Part shown: positions 1 through 11,229 of the stretch, piece after piece | How the letters are laid out: every line of letters begins with the position of its first letter | Position numbering within the stretch: the first letter of the stretch is position 1 | NCBI GenBank assembly: GCA_021845965.1 | Contig: JAJZUZ010000001.1 | Location: forward strand, 56,261 to 120,260 | Direction of reading: 5' to 3' | DNA: 64,000 nt | DNA from: Pseudomonadota bacterium | Lineage (GTDB): Bacteria > Pseudomonadota > Gammaproteobacteria > Burkholderiales > Burkholderiaceae_C | Translations under genes and position numbers: made by a program | Notes under the pieces: generated by a model | What the model saw: the letters and a program-made list of their open reading frames with translations, nothing else | What the model was told of the DNA's origin: nothing | Database searches by the model: none

Positions 1-506
1 GGTTCGCACATCAGCGCGGCGATCCGCCAGCTGCAATCAGGCAAGGCCAGCGGGGAGGAGCTGCTGCAGACGCTGCGCGAGTCGCTGGACCAGCTCAAGC
101 TGTCGATCGACGCGATGAACCTGCCGCCGGGCGACCTGACGACCTTGCTGGCCAATCTGCGCTACCGGCTGGAGCCGCGCTTCAAGAGCTCGGACATCGA
201 GCTGGTGTGGGACGTGGACCTGCTGGCGCCGCTGGGCGGGCTGGACGGCAAGGCCATGCGGCAGCTGCAATTCATGGTGTTCGAGGCGCTGTCCAACGTG
301 CTGCAGCACGCACACGCCAGCGAGCTGCGCATCGAGCTGCGCGGCTGTGAGGGCGGCGGGGCGCTGCTGCGGGTGATCGACAACGGGCGGGGCTTCGACG
401 TGGAGCGCTCGCCGCGCAAGGGGCTGGCCTCGCTGCGCGAGCGCGCGGCTGCCATCGGGGCGCGGCTGAGCGTGAGCAGCGTGCCCGGGCGCACCGTGGT
501 GGAGAT
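1..506 (+). repeat. Direct repeat, copy 1 (matches 1849-2354)
   Basis: No mismatch seen by eye at offset 1848; the two ORF-track translations are identical until the last three codons (IMIG vs IAIA). Confidence 0.92.
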
Positions 507-519
507 CATGATCGGCTGA
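1..519 (+). CDS. Sensor histidine kinase, 3' part only (truncated by window edge)
   Basis: C-terminal HATPase motifs (EALSNVLQHA, DNGRGF, KGLASLRERA); DNA matches the 3' part of the next gene. Confidence 0.85.
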   Translation, partial: GSHISAAIRQLQSGKASGEELLQTLRESLDQLKLSIDAMNLPPGDLTTLLANLRYRLEPRFKSSDIELVWDVDLLAPLGGLDGKAMRQLQFMVFEALSNVLQHAHASELRIELRGCEGGGALLRVIDNGRGFDVERSPRKGLASLRERAAAIGARLSVSSVPGRTVVEIMIG

Positions 520-534
520 GGCCGTCTGTCCATC

Positions 535-2367
535 ATGCCCCGCATGCGCCATCTCCTCACTTCCTTGCTCATGCTGTTGCTTGCCGGGGCGGGCGGGGCA
601 CGGGCTGAATTGATCGAGCTGCGGCAGGCGCATGTCAGCGCGACTGTCGAGGGGCGGACGGTGGAGCGCGACGTCCAGCTGCCCTATAACTGGGACCGGG
701 TCAACGGCGCCCGCTCCGGCACCGCCGTGTTCGAGATCCCGCTGCACCTGGAGGTGCCGCTGGACGAACCCTATGCCGTGTACTTCGCCCGGGTGGGGAA
801 TCGCGCCGAGATCTGGTTCAACGGCATCCTGCTGTCGCGCCTGGGCGATCTGGCGCGGCCTGAGCATCAGGACTATGCCAAGGCACCGCAGCATGTGCTG
901 ATCCCCGCCCGCTTGCTGCAGCGGGACAATCACTTCCGTATCGTCCTGAGCGTCGACGGGGGGCGACGCGGCGGGTTGTCGGGCCTGCTGGTCGGACCGG
1001 AGCCGGAAGTGCGCCAACTCTACAAATCGGCGCATCGCCTGGTGGTCAACGGCTCCATCGCGGTGGCGGTGTTCAGCATGGTGGTGGGCGTCATTGCCCT
1101 GCTGTTGTGGTTCACCCAGGTCGAACCGGAGGGGGGTGCCCTGCCCGGCCGGTCAGGCCTGTATCTCAGCGCCGGCCTGGCCGAATTCTGCTGGATGCTG
1201 CGCCTGATTGACCCGGCAATGGTCGACCCGCCCTTGTCATGGGCCTGGTGGAGTGTGGTCCAGACCGTGGCGTACGCCGGCTGGATATCCGGTGCCGGCC
1301 TGTTCTGCCACCACGTGGCGGGATGGCATCGTCTGCCGTCGATGCGCTGGGTGCGGCTGGTGGTGGCGGCCCTGCTGCTGTCGTCGGCGCCGATTGCGTG
1401 GCTGTCGCTGAGCCGCCACGATGGCATCTACCTGACGGGCTGGTACGGCCTCGCCACGCTGCTCTTCGTCGGCTACGGCATCTTCTATTTCGGCGCGGCC
1501 GTGCACCAGCCGACGACCGAGCGTGTGCTGGTGGCCACCGCCGGCGTGCTGAACGTGGCCGTGGGGGTGCGGGACTGGCTGGTCATCCGTGCCACCGACA
1601 ACTTCAACGAGATCTCGTGGATGCGCTACTCCTCGGCGCTGTTCGGTCTGGCCCTGGGCTACATCGTGATCACGCGCTTTCGGGAGGCCAGCGCCCAGGC
1701 GCGCGACCTGATGGACAACATGGCGGCGCGGGTGCGGCAGAAGGAGCAGGAGCTGGCGGCGAGCTACCGGCAGCTGGAGCAGCTGGCGCGCGAGCAGGAG
1801 CGGGCGGCCGAGCGTGCGCGCATCCTGCGCGACATGCACGACGGGGTGGGTTCGCACATCAGCGCGGCGATCCGCCAGCTGCAATCAGGCAAGGCCAGCG
1901 GGGAGGAGCTGCTGCAGACGCTGCGCGAGTCGCTGGACCAGCTCAAGCTGTCGATCGACGCGATGAACCTGCCGCCGGGCGACCTGACGACCTTGCTGGC
2001 CAATCTGCGCTACCGGCTGGAGCCGCGCTTCAAGAGCTCGGACATCGAGCTGGTGTGGGACGTGGACCTGCTGGCGCCGCTGGGCGGGCTGGACGGCAAG
2101 GCCATGCGGCAGCTGCAATTCATGGTGTTCGAGGCGCTGTCCAACGTGCTGCAGCACGCACACGCCAGCGAGCTGCGCATCGAGCTGCGCGGCTGTGAGG
2201 GCGGCGGGGCGCTGCTGCGGGTGATCGACAACGGGCGGGGCTTCGACGTGGAGCGCTCGCCGCGCAAGGGGCTGGCCTCGCTGCGCGAGCGCGCGGCTGC
2301 CATCGGGGCGCGGCTGAGCGTGAGCAGCGTGCCCGGGCGCACCGTGGTGGAGATTGCCATCGCCTGA
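535..2367 (+). CDS. Membrane sensor histidine kinase (periplasmic domain, ~7 TM, HisKA_3, HATPase)
   Basis: Signal peptide, about 7 hydrophobic helices, ERARILRDMHDGVG H-box, N and G boxes. Confidence 0.9.
   Translation: MPRMRHLLTSLLMLLLAGAGGARAELIELRQAHVSATVEGRTVERDVQLPYNWDRVNGARSGTAVFEIPLHLEVPLDEPYAVYFARVGNRAEIWFNGILLSRLGDLARPEHQDYAKAPQHVLIPARLLQRDNHFRIVLSVDGGRRGGLSGLLVGPEPEVRQLYKSAHRLVVNGSIAVAVFSMVVGVIALLLWFTQVEPEGGALPGRSGLYLSAGLAEFCWMLRLIDPAMVDPPLSWAWWSVVQTVAYAGWISGAGLFCHHVAGWHRLPSMRWVRLVVAALLLSSAPIAWLSLSRHDGIYLTGWYGLATLLFVGYGIFYFGAAVHQPTTERVLVATAGVLNVAVGVRDWLVIRATDNFNEISWMRYSSALFGLALGYIVITRFREASAQARDLMDNMAARVRQKEQELAASYRQLEQLAREQERAAERARILRDMHDGVGSHISAAIRQLQSGKASGEELLQTLRESLDQLKLSIDAMNLPPGDLTTLLANLRYRLEPRFKSSDIELVWDVDLLAPLGGLDGKAMRQLQFMVFEALSNVLQHAHASELRIELRGCEGGGALLRVIDNGRGFDVERSPRKGLASLRERAAAIGARLSVSSVPGRTVVEIAIA
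1849..2354 (+). repeat. Direct repeat, copy 2 (matches 1-506)
   Basis: See copy 1. Confidence 0.92.
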
Positions 2368-2432
2368 CCGGCCATCGCAGAATTTCCGCCAGCCTCCCGC
2401 CGGCGCCGGGTGATGGCGGGATAATGCGGGCC

Positions 2433-3587
2433 ATGCCGGTAGTTTTTGAACGACCCACCCTGTTGCAGCGTGTCATGCCCTGGTTCCAGGGCTTTGATGG
2501 GCCGCTGGCCTTTGTCGTCTTCATCCTGGCCGGCATAGGCCTGATGACCATGTATTCCTCCGGCTACGACCACGGGACGCGTTTCGTCGACCATGGCCGC
2601 AACATGCTGATCGCCGGTTTCATCATGTTCGTGGTGGCCCAGATCCCCCCCCAGCGCCTGATGAGCCTGGCCGTGCCCCTGTACGTGCTGGGCGTGACGC
2701 TGTTGATCGCGGTGGCCGTCTTCGGCATCACCAAAAAAGGCGCGAAACGCTGGATCAACGTCGGCGTGGTCATCCAGCCCAGCGAGATCCTCAAGATTGC
2801 GGTGCCGCTGATGCTGGCCTGGTGGTTCCAGAAGCGCGAGGGGCAACTGCGGCCGCTGGACTTCCTGGTCGGCGGCGCCTTGCTGCTGCTGCCGGTCGGG
2901 CTGATCGTCAAGCAGCCGGATCTGGGCACGGCGCTGCTGGTGCTGACGGCGGGTGTGTCGGTGATCTTCTTCGCTGGACTGAGCTGGAAGCTGATCGTGC
3001 CGCCCGTGGCGCTGGGGCTGATAGCCGCCCTGCTGCTGGTTGTCTTCGAGTCCGACCTGTGCGCTACCGGCGTGCGCTGGCCCCTGCTGCACGACTATCA
3101 GCAGCAGCGCATCTGCACCCTGCTCGATCCCTGGCGCGATCCGCTGGGCAAGGGTTTCCACATCATCCAGGGCATGATCGCCATCGGCTCGGGCGGTGTG
3201 CTGGGCAAGGGCTTCATGCAAGGCACGCAGACCCATCTGGAATTCATTCCCGAGCGCACGACCGACTTCATCTTCGCGGCCTATTCCGAGGAGTTCGGTC
3301 TCATCGGCAATCTGATCCTGATCGGCTGCTTCCTGTTCCTGGTGCTGCGCTGCCTCAATATCGCGCTGGAGGCGCCCACCCTCTTCGCGCGCCTGCTGGC
3401 GGGCAGCATCACCACCATCTTCTTCACCTACGCTTTTGTCAACATGGGCATGGTCAGCGGCATCCTGCCGGTGGTGGGGGTGCCCCTGCCCTTCATCAGC
3501 TATGGCGGCACGGCCATGGTGACCCTGGGGCTGGGGCTGGGCATGCTGATGTCGATCGCCAAGTCCAAGCGCCTGATCCAGAGCTGA
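2433..3587 (+). CDS. rodA: Rod shape-determining protein RodA (SEDS family)
   Basis: GAKRWI, IQPSEILK, QPDLGT, IPERTTDFIF and LPFISYGG motifs. Confidence 0.95.
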   Translation: MPVVFERPTLLQRVMPWFQGFDGPLAFVVFILAGIGLMTMYSSGYDHGTRFVDHGRNMLIAGFIMFVVAQIPPQRLMSLAVPLYVLGVTLLIAVAVFGITKKGAKRWINVGVVIQPSEILKIAVPLMLAWWFQKREGQLRPLDFLVGGALLLLPVGLIVKQPDLGTALLVLTAGVSVIFFAGLSWKLIVPPVALGLIAALLLVVFESDLCATGVRWPLLHDYQQQRICTLLDPWRDPLGKGFHIIQGMIAIGSGGVLGKGFMQGTQTHLEFIPERTTDFIFAAYSEEFGLIGNLILIGCFLFLVLRCLNIALEAPTLFARLLAGSITTIFFTYAFVNMGMVSGILPVVGVPLPFISYGGTAMVTLGLGLGMLMSIAKSKRLIQS

Positions 3588-3643
3588 ACAGGCCGGGGTG
3601 TCCCCGGCCGGCAGAGGGCGCAGGGTCGTCCTACAATCAATCC

Positions 3644-5104
3644 ATGATTTCCCGCGAACCCACCCTGGAGCGCCTGGCCATCGCCCGCGAGCTCCTGCTG
3701 ACGCCCTTCGGCCTCGACGAATCGCACCTGCTGCGCGCCCTGAGCGAGATCCGAGCCCACCGCGTGGACGAGGCGGACCTCTATTTCCAGTACACCCGCA
3801 GCGAGGGCTGGAGCCTGGAAGAGGGGATCGTCAAGACCGGCTCCTTCAGCATCGACCAGGGCGTGGGCGTGCGCGCCGTCAGTGGTGAGAAGACCGCCTT
3901 CGCCTACTCCGATGACATCTCCGAGGCTTCGCTGCTGGATGCGGCGCGTACCGTGCGCAGCATCGCCAGCGTCGGCAAGTCGGCACGCGTGGCGGCCGCG
4001 ACGCAGAAGATCGCCGCTTCGCGCACCCTCTATCCGGGCACGGACCCGATCGCCACGCTGGACAGCACCGCCAAGGTGGCGCTGCTGGAGCAGGTGGAGA
4101 AGCTGGCGCGGGCCAAGGACCCGCGCGTGGTGCAGGTCATGGCCGGGCTGGCGGGCGAGTACGACGTGGTGCTGGTGGCGCGTGCCGACGGCACGCTGGC
4201 CGCCGACGTGCGACCGCTGGTTCGCCTTTCCTTGACGGTGATTGCCGAGCAGGCGGGGCGCCGCGAGATGGGTTCCTCCGGGGGGGGCGGCCGTTTCGGC
4301 CTGGCCTACTTCGACGAGGCCATGATCCGCCAGTACGTGGACGAGGCCGTCGGTGCTGCCCTGACCAATCTGGAGTCACGCCCGGCCCCTGCCGGCGAGA
4401 TGACCGTGGTGCTCGGCCCGGGCTGGCCGGGCGTGCTGCTGCACGAGGCCATCGGCCACGGCCTGGAGGGCGATTTCAACCGCAAGGGCTCCAGCGCCTT
4501 TTCCGGGCGCATCGGCCAGCGCGTGGCAGCCAAGGGCGTCACGGTACTGGACGACGGCACCATTGCCGACCGGCGCGGCTCGCTCAACGTGGATGACGAG
4601 GGCAACACCACCCAGCGCAACGTGCTCATCGAGGATGGCATCCTCAAGGGCTATATGCAGGATGCCATGAATGCGCGCCTGATGAAGGTGCGTCCCACCG
4701 GCAACGGCCGGCGCGAGAGCTACGCCCACGTTCCCATGCCGCGCATGACCAACACCTATATGCTGGGCGGCGACAAGGCGCCGGAAGAGATCGTGGCCAG
4801 CATCGAACGCGGCCTCTACGCCACCAACTTCGGTGGTGGCCAGGTGGACATCACGTCCGGCAAGTTCGTGTTCTCGGCCAGCGAGGCCTACTGGGTCGAG
4901 CACGGCAAGATCCTCTACCCGGTCAAAGGGGCGACCATCGTGGGCAACGGCCCGGATGCGCTGACACGCGTGACCATGATCGGCAATGACATGCGGCTGG
5001 ACAGCGGCGTGGGCACCTGCGGCAAGGAAGGGCAGAGCGTACCGGTGGGGGTGGGCCAGCCGACGTTGCGGATCGACGGTCTGACCGTGGGAGGCACGGC
5101 TTAA
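3644..5104 (+). CDS. tldD: Metalloprotease TldD
   Basis: LLHEAIGHGLEGD, PMPRMTNT, GTCGKEGQSVPVGVGQPT; start placed at ATG 3644. Confidence 0.95.
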   Translation: MISREPTLERLAIARELLLTPFGLDESHLLRALSEIRAHRVDEADLYFQYTRSEGWSLEEGIVKTGSFSIDQGVGVRAVSGEKTAFAYSDDISEASLLDAARTVRSIASVGKSARVAAATQKIAASRTLYPGTDPIATLDSTAKVALLEQVEKLARAKDPRVVQVMAGLAGEYDVVLVARADGTLAADVRPLVRLSLTVIAEQAGRREMGSSGGGGRFGLAYFDEAMIRQYVDEAVGAALTNLESRPAPAGEMTVVLGPGWPGVLLHEAIGHGLEGDFNRKGSSAFSGRIGQRVAAKGVTVLDDGTIADRRGSLNVDDEGNTTQRNVLIEDGILKGYMQDAMNARLMKVRPTGNGRRESYAHVPMPRMTNTYMLGGDKAPEEIVASIERGLYATNFGGGQVDITSGKFVFSASEAYWVEHGKILYPVKGATIVGNGPDALTRVTMIGNDMRLDSGVGTCGKEGQSVPVGVGQPTLRIDGLTVGGTA

Positions 5105-5128
5105 ACAAGCTGTGCTATATTGGGGCCC

Positions 5129-5200
5129 ATGGTTTCGACCCGTTCCTACTTTTTTGGCTACTTTTGGTTCTCAAGCGCCGCCGGCGGAAGAGAGTTCTGA
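5129..5200 (+). CDS. Putative attenuator leader peptide MVSTRSYFFGYFWFSSAAGGREF
   Basis: Hand-translated 23-codon ORF; 7 of codons 7-14 are aromatic; directly upstream of DAHP synthase. Confidence 0.8.
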   Translation: MVSTRSYFFGYFWFSSAAGGREF

Positions 5201-5232
5201 ACGTACCCAGCAGAAACGTACCGAATTCCAAC

Positions 5233-5263
5233 AAACCGCCGGCCCCGCCGGCGGTTTTTTTTT
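5233..5263 (+). terminator. Intrinsic terminator in the aroG leader (attenuator)
   Basis: AAACCGCCGGC-CCC-GCCGGCGGTTT stem running into a 9-T tract. Confidence 0.85.
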
Positions 5264-5309
5264 GACCGGCTCACATCACACATCCAAACCGAATCCAAGG
5301 AGCGACACG

Positions 5310-6434
5310 ATGACTGCCAAAGCCCAGCCCACCAGCACCGACGCCTGGTATGCGCATCCCGGTGACAAGACCAGCCGCACCGACGACGAACGCATCAAGG
5401 AAATCACCGTGTTGCCCCCGCCCGAACACCTCATCCGCTTCTTCCCCATCAGCGGTACGCCTGTGGAGAGCCTGATCTCCCACACCCGCCACGCCATCCA
5501 CAACATCATGCATGGCAAGGATGACCGTCTGCTGGTCATCATCGGCCCGTGCTCCATCCATGATCCGGCGGCGGCGCTGGAGTATGCGCGCCGCCTCAGG
5601 GCCCAGCGCGACAAGTACAAGGACACGCTGGAGATCGTGATGCGCGTGTACTTCGAGAAGCCGCGTACCACCGTGGGCTGGAAGGGGCTGATCAATGACC
5701 CCTATCTGGACGAGAGCTTCCGTATCGACGAGGGGCTGCGCATTGCGCGTCAGCTGCTGATCGAGATCAACCGCCTGGGCCTGCCGGCGGGCAGCGAATT
5801 CCTGGACGTGATCTCGCCGCAGTACATCGGCGACCTGATCTCGTGGGGCGCCATCGGTGCGCGCACCACCGAGAGCCAGGTGCACCGCGAGCTGGCCTCG
5901 GGCCTGAGCGCGCCGATCGGTTTCAAGAACGGCACCGACGGCAACATCAAGATTGCCACCGACGCCATCCAGGCCGCCGCGCGCGGGCACCACTTCCTGT
6001 CGGTGCACAAGAACGGCAAGGTGGCCATCGTGCAGACCAATGGCAACAAGGACTGCCACGTCATCCTGCGCGGCGGCAAGGCGCCCAACTACGACGCGGC
6101 CAGCGTCGCGGCGGCCTGCAAGGAGCTGGAGGCCGCCAAGCTGCCGCCGACCCTGATGGTGGACTGCAGCCACGCCAACAGCAGCAAGCAGCATGAGAAG
6201 CAGCTCGACGTGGCGCGCGACATCGCGGGCCAGCTGGCCGGCGGCTCGCGCAGCATCTTCGGTGTCATGGTGGAGAGCCACCTGAACGCCGGGGCCCAGA
6301 AGTTCACGCCGGGCAAGGACGACCCGGCCAAGCTGGAATACGGCAAGAGCATTACCGACGCCTGCATCAACTGGGACGATTCGACTCAGGTGCTGCAGGT
6401 GCTGTCCGACGCCGTCAAGACACGACGGAAATAA
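5310..6434 (+). CDS. aroG: DAHP synthase, class I-alpha (AroG/AroF type)
   Basis: IGPCSIHD, YFEKPRTTVGWKG, IGARTTESQVHRE, DCSHANS, SITDACI; SD AAGGAG before ATG 5310. Confidence 0.95.
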   Translation: MTAKAQPTSTDAWYAHPGDKTSRTDDERIKEITVLPPPEHLIRFFPISGTPVESLISHTRHAIHNIMHGKDDRLLVIIGPCSIHDPAAALEYARRLRAQRDKYKDTLEIVMRVYFEKPRTTVGWKGLINDPYLDESFRIDEGLRIARQLLIEINRLGLPAGSEFLDVISPQYIGDLISWGAIGARTTESQVHRELASGLSAPIGFKNGTDGNIKIATDAIQAAARGHHFLSVHKNGKVAIVQTNGNKDCHVILRGGKAPNYDAASVAAACKELEAAKLPPTLMVDCSHANSSKQHEKQLDVARDIAGQLAGGSRSIFGVMVESHLNAGAQKFTPGKDDPAKLEYGKSITDACINWDDSTQVLQVLSDAVKTRRK

Positions 6435-6437
6435 GCT

Positions 6438-6526
6438 CACCCCCAGGCTGCGCACTGCGTGTCGCTACACCCCCCCTGGCGGGGGGCGACACCAGCGGAC
6501 CGGCAAAGCCGGTTCCGCGGTGTCCT
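6438..6526. repeat. REP-like GC-rich palindromic intergenic element
   Basis: CCCCCC-TGGC-GGGGGG and ACCGGC-AAA-GCCGGT hairpins; reverse complement resembles 34792-34850. Confidence 0.6.
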
Positions 6527-6545
6527 GCGCCAAATACCGCCGGCC

Positions 6546-7937
6546 TCAGGCTCGGGCCAGCGCGTCCAGCAGCTTCTGGTGCACGCCGCCGAAGCCACCG
6601 TTGCTCATGCACAGGATGTGGTCGCCCGGCTGCGCCGCGGCGACCACCTCGTGCACGATTTCGTCAATCGAATCTGCGACCCTGGCGCGCGCACCCATGG
6701 GAGCCAGCGCTTCGCGCGCGTCCCAGCCCAGGCCACCGGCGTGGCAGAAAGCCAGGTTGGCCTCTTCCAGGCTCCAGGGCAGCTGGGCCTTCATGGTGCC
6801 CAGTTTCATGGTGTTGCTGCGCGGCTCGAACACCGCCAGGATGCGCGCGCCCGTGCCGACCTTGCGGCGCAGGCCATCCACCGTCGTCCTGATCGCGGTG
6901 GGGTGATGGGCAAAGTCATCGTAGACCGTGATGTCGCGCACGCTACCGCGCACCTCCAGCCGGCGCTTGACGTTCTGGAAGGAGCCCAGAGCGCGCGCGG
7001 CATCGGCCGGGGGTATGCCCACATGCTCGGCCGCAGCGATGGCGGCCAGGGCGTTGAGCTGGTTGTGCACCCCGGCCAGCTCCCACTGCACGCGCCCCGC
7101 AGCTTGCCCTTGCCGCAACACCTCGAAGTCATGCGGCTCGCCACGGGCACTGAAGTCGCTCACGGCCTCGCCGAAGCTGCGCACCTCGCTCCAGCAGCCG
7201 GCATGGAGCACGCGCACCAGGCTCTCCTCCAGCCCGTTGACAACGACGCGTCCCGAGCCCGGCACGGTGCGCACCAGGTGGTGAAACTGGCGCTCAATGG
7301 CGGCCAGGTCGTCAAAGATGTCGGCGTGGTCGAACTCCAGGTTGTTCAGTACCGCCGTACGCGGCCGGTAGTGCACGAACTTGCTGCGCTTGTCGAAGAA
7401 GGCCGTGTCGTACTCGTCGGCCTCGATGACGAACAGGGGCCGCTCGCCGGCTGGCGCCGGGCCGCCGAGGCGGGCCGAGATGCCGAAGTTCATCGGCACA
7501 CCACCGACCAGGAAACCGGGTTGCCGACCCGCGGCCTCCAGGATCCAGGCCAGCATGGAGGTGGTGGTGGTCTTGCCATGCGTGCCGGCGACGGCCAAAA
7601 CGTGGCGGCCCTGCAAGACATGCTCGGCCAGCCATTGCGGGCCGCTGGTATAGGGCAGACCGGCTTCCATGATGGCTTCCATCAGAGGGAATTTCGGGCT
7701 GCCGTCGGGCAGGCGGGCGCGGCTGACCACATTGCCGACCACGTACATGTCGGGCCGCAGCGCCAGCTGCTCAGCGCCGAAATCCTCGATCAGGTCGATG
7801 CCCAGCGCGCGCAACTGGTCGCTCATCGGGGGGTACACGCCGGCATCGCAGCCGGTGACCTTGTGGCCCGCTTCGCGCGCCAGGGCGGCCAGCCCTCCCA
7901 TGAAGGTGCCGCAGATGCCGAGGATGTGGATATGCAT
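6546..7937 (-). CDS. mpl: Murein peptide ligase Mpl
   Basis: MHIHILGICGTFMGG, AGTHGKTTT, EADEYD, DDFAHHPTAI. Confidence 0.95.
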   Translation of the reverse strand: MHIHILGICGTFMGGLAALAREAGHKVTGCDAGVYPPMSDQLRALGIDLIEDFGAEQLALRPDMYVVGNVVSRARLPDGSPKFPLMEAIMEAGLPYTSGPQWLAEHVLQGRHVLAVAGTHGKTTTTSMLAWILEAAGRQPGFLVGGVPMNFGISARLGGPAPAGERPLFVIEADEYDTAFFDKRSKFVHYRPRTAVLNNLEFDHADIFDDLAAIERQFHHLVRTVPGSGRVVVNGLEESLVRVLHAGCWSEVRSFGEAVSDFSARGEPHDFEVLRQGQAAGRVQWELAGVHNQLNALAAIAAAEHVGIPPADAARALGSFQNVKRRLEVRGSVRDITVYDDFAHHPTAIRTTVDGLRRKVGTGARILAVFEPRSNTMKLGTMKAQLPWSLEEANLAFCHAGGLGWDAREALAPMGARARVADSIDEIVHEVVAAAQPGDHILCMSNGGFGGVHQKLLDALARA

Positions 7938-7993
7938 CGGGCGATTCTAGGGGCATGCCCCGGCGGGCCCGGGCCGGGAGCAGAATCCGGGCT

Positions 7994-8587
7994 GTGAACG
8001 CTCAACAGGAAATCGCCGCTGCGGCGGCCCAGATGGTGGTGGAGGAAGGGCTGGAATATGGCCCGGCCAAGCGGCGCGCCGTGCGGCAGCTCGGCCTGCC
8101 GGCGCGCACCGCGCTGCCCGCCAACGACGAAGTGGAGGATGCAGTGCGCGAATACATCGCGGTCTATTGCGCCGACACCCAGCCGGCGGAGCTGCGGGCC
8201 TTGCGCCAGCTGGCCGCGCGCTGGATGGAGAAACTGGCGGTTTTCCGGCCGCACCTCAGCGGGGCGGTCTGGCACGGCACCGCCACCCGGCTGTCGGACA
8301 TCTATCTCCAGCTGTTCTGTGATGACGAGAAATCAGCCGAGATCGCCCTCATCGACCTGGGGATCGCCTACGAACCGCGGACCGTCACCGGCCTGCACCG
8401 CGAACCGGTCGAGGCCCTGAGCTTCCATGCCCCCTGTCCGGAGTTGGGCGAAACGGTCGGGGTACATTTGATGGTCCATGATCGGGATGACCTGCGCGGA
8501 GCGTTGGTGCGCGACGGCAGGAATCGCGCGCCCCGAGGTGATTTGACGGCGGTACGCCGACTTTTGGCGGAAAAAGAGAATATTTGA
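7994..8587 (+). CDS. Hypothetical protein (nucleotidyltransferase-like core)
   Basis: GAVWHGTATRLSDIYLQLF resembles an NTase G-x-D motif; GTG start after a -10-like CAGAAT. Confidence 0.65.
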   Translation: MNAQQEIAAAAAQMVVEEGLEYGPAKRRAVRQLGLPARTALPANDEVEDAVREYIAVYCADTQPAELRALRQLAARWMEKLAVFRPHLSGAVWHGTATRLSDIYLQLFCDDEKSAEIALIDLGIAYEPRTVTGLHREPVEALSFHAPCPELGETVGVHLMVHDRDDLRGALVRDGRNRAPRGDLTAVRRLLAEKENI

Positions 8588-9141
8588 TGGACTCCCAACA
8601 GGAAATTCAGCCCCTTGCCCCGAAGCGCCGCCGCGCACTATTCGCCGCTGTGGCGGCCCTGGCCGGTCTGGCCGGTGCGGGTCTGGCCTGGTGGCGTTAC
8701 AGCCCCAAGCCCGCAGTAGCCGGGCTGGACGCGGATTTCTGGAATCTCGGTTTTGATACGCCAGCCGGCGCACGTCTTGCGCTGCAAAGCCTGCGTGGCC
8801 GCCCGGTGCTGATCAATTTCTGGGCCACGTGGTGCCCGCCCTGTGTGGAGGAATTGCCTCTATTGAATGCTTTCTACCAGGAAAATGCGGCCTATGGATG
8901 GCAAATACTTGGCCTGGCCGTCGACAAGCCGGAGCCGGTGCGGGCGTTCCTGGCGCGCCAGCCACTGGCCTTTCCCGTTGCCCTGGCGGGCACACAGGGG
9001 CTGGACTTGAGCAAGAAGCTGGGCAATCAGGTGGGGGGACTGCCCTTTTCTGTGCTGATCGGCGCCGATGGCGCGATCCTGCAAACTAAAATTGGCAAGC
9101 TCAATGAGCGCGATCTGGCTGTCTGGCGCCAGTCAAAATAA
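8587..9141 (+). CDS. TlpA-family thiol:disulfide reductase
   Basis: [16 protein letters not shown] and GLPF motifs; N-terminal membrane anchor. Confidence 0.9.
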   Translation: MDSQQEIQPLAPKRRRALFAAVAALAGLAGAGLAWWRYSPKPAVAGLDADFWNLGFDTPAGARLALQSLRGRPVLINFWATWCPPCVEELPLLNAFYQENAAYGWQILGLAVDKPEPVRAFLARQPLAFPVALAGTQGLDLSKKLGNQVGGLPFSVLIGADGAILQTKIGKLNERDLAVWRQSK

Positions 9142-9290
9142 GGCGCCAAGGGTCGCAAAAGAGCGATTTCGAGATCGCGTATGATGGCGCCCGGTCCTGC
9201 CTGGGTGAACGAATTCGCCGTAGATGGCTGGAAATTGCTACCAATTGTTCTAAATTGGAGCATTCTTGGAACAATGACGTTGGAGATCCC

Positions 9291-9755
9291 ATGGATTTGC
9301 GAAAACTCAAGACCCTGATCGATCTGGTGTCTGATTCGAACGTGTCGGAACTGGAAATCACCGAGGCCGAGGGCAAGGTGCGCATCGTCAAGGGGGGCGG
9401 TGCCATGGTCCAGGGCTATCCCATGCCAGCGCCCATGCCGGTGCCGATGGTCGCAGCCCCGGCGGCAGCACCGGCTGCTGCGGCCCCGGCTGCCGCTCCT
9501 GCGGCGGCGCCGGCCGCCAGCGGCCATGCCGTCAAGGCCCCCATGGTGGGCACGTTCTACCGCTCGGCCTCGCCCGGCGCCAAGCCCTTTGTCGAACTGG
9601 GCCAGGCCGTCAAGGAAGGCGACACGCTGTGCATCATTGAAGCCATGAAGATCCTGAACGAGATCGAGGCGGACAAGAGCGGGACCGTGACCCAGGTGCT
9701 GTGCGAGAACGGGCAGGCGGTCGAGTACGGCCAGCCCATGTTCATCATCGAATAA
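9291..9755 (+). CDS. accB: Biotin carboxyl carrier protein
   Basis: [12 protein letters not shown], Ala/Pro linker, EAMK biotinylation motif. Confidence 0.96.
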   Translation: MDLRKLKTLIDLVSDSNVSELEITEAEGKVRIVKGGGAMVQGYPMPAPMPVPMVAAPAAAPAAAAPAAAPAAAPAASGHAVKAPMVGTFYRSASPGAKPFVELGQAVKEGDTLCIIEAMKILNEIEADKSGTVTQVLCENGQAVEYGQPMFIIE

Positions 9756-9767
9756 GGCTGCCGCCTC

Positions 9768-9876
9768 ATGTCCAAGAAGATCCTGGTGGCAAACCGGGGA
9801 GGTCATGCCGCCGGCATGGCGCAGCAAATGGCGCGTGCACGCGCAGCGCGCGGGGCGATGAGCCCCGGGAGTTCTC

Positions 9877-9884
<8 letters not shown>
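9768..9884 (+). other. Small ORF (38 aa) duplicating the AccC N-terminus and overlapping the accC start
   Basis: [12 protein letters not shown]... vs Acc[13 protein letters not shown]; stop TAA at 9882-9884. Confidence 0.55.
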
Positions 9885-11226
<1,342 letters not shown>

Positions 11227-11229
11227 GCG

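Noticed and set aside
2822-3643. 760-aa ORF suggesting an N-terminally extended TldD
   Set aside because: The extension is an off-frame read through rodA; the TldD-like sequence starts at ATG 3644 after a -10-like box.
5112-5309. Long N-terminal extension of aroG in the ORF track
   Set aside because: It runs through the leader and terminator; the SD supports ATG 5310.
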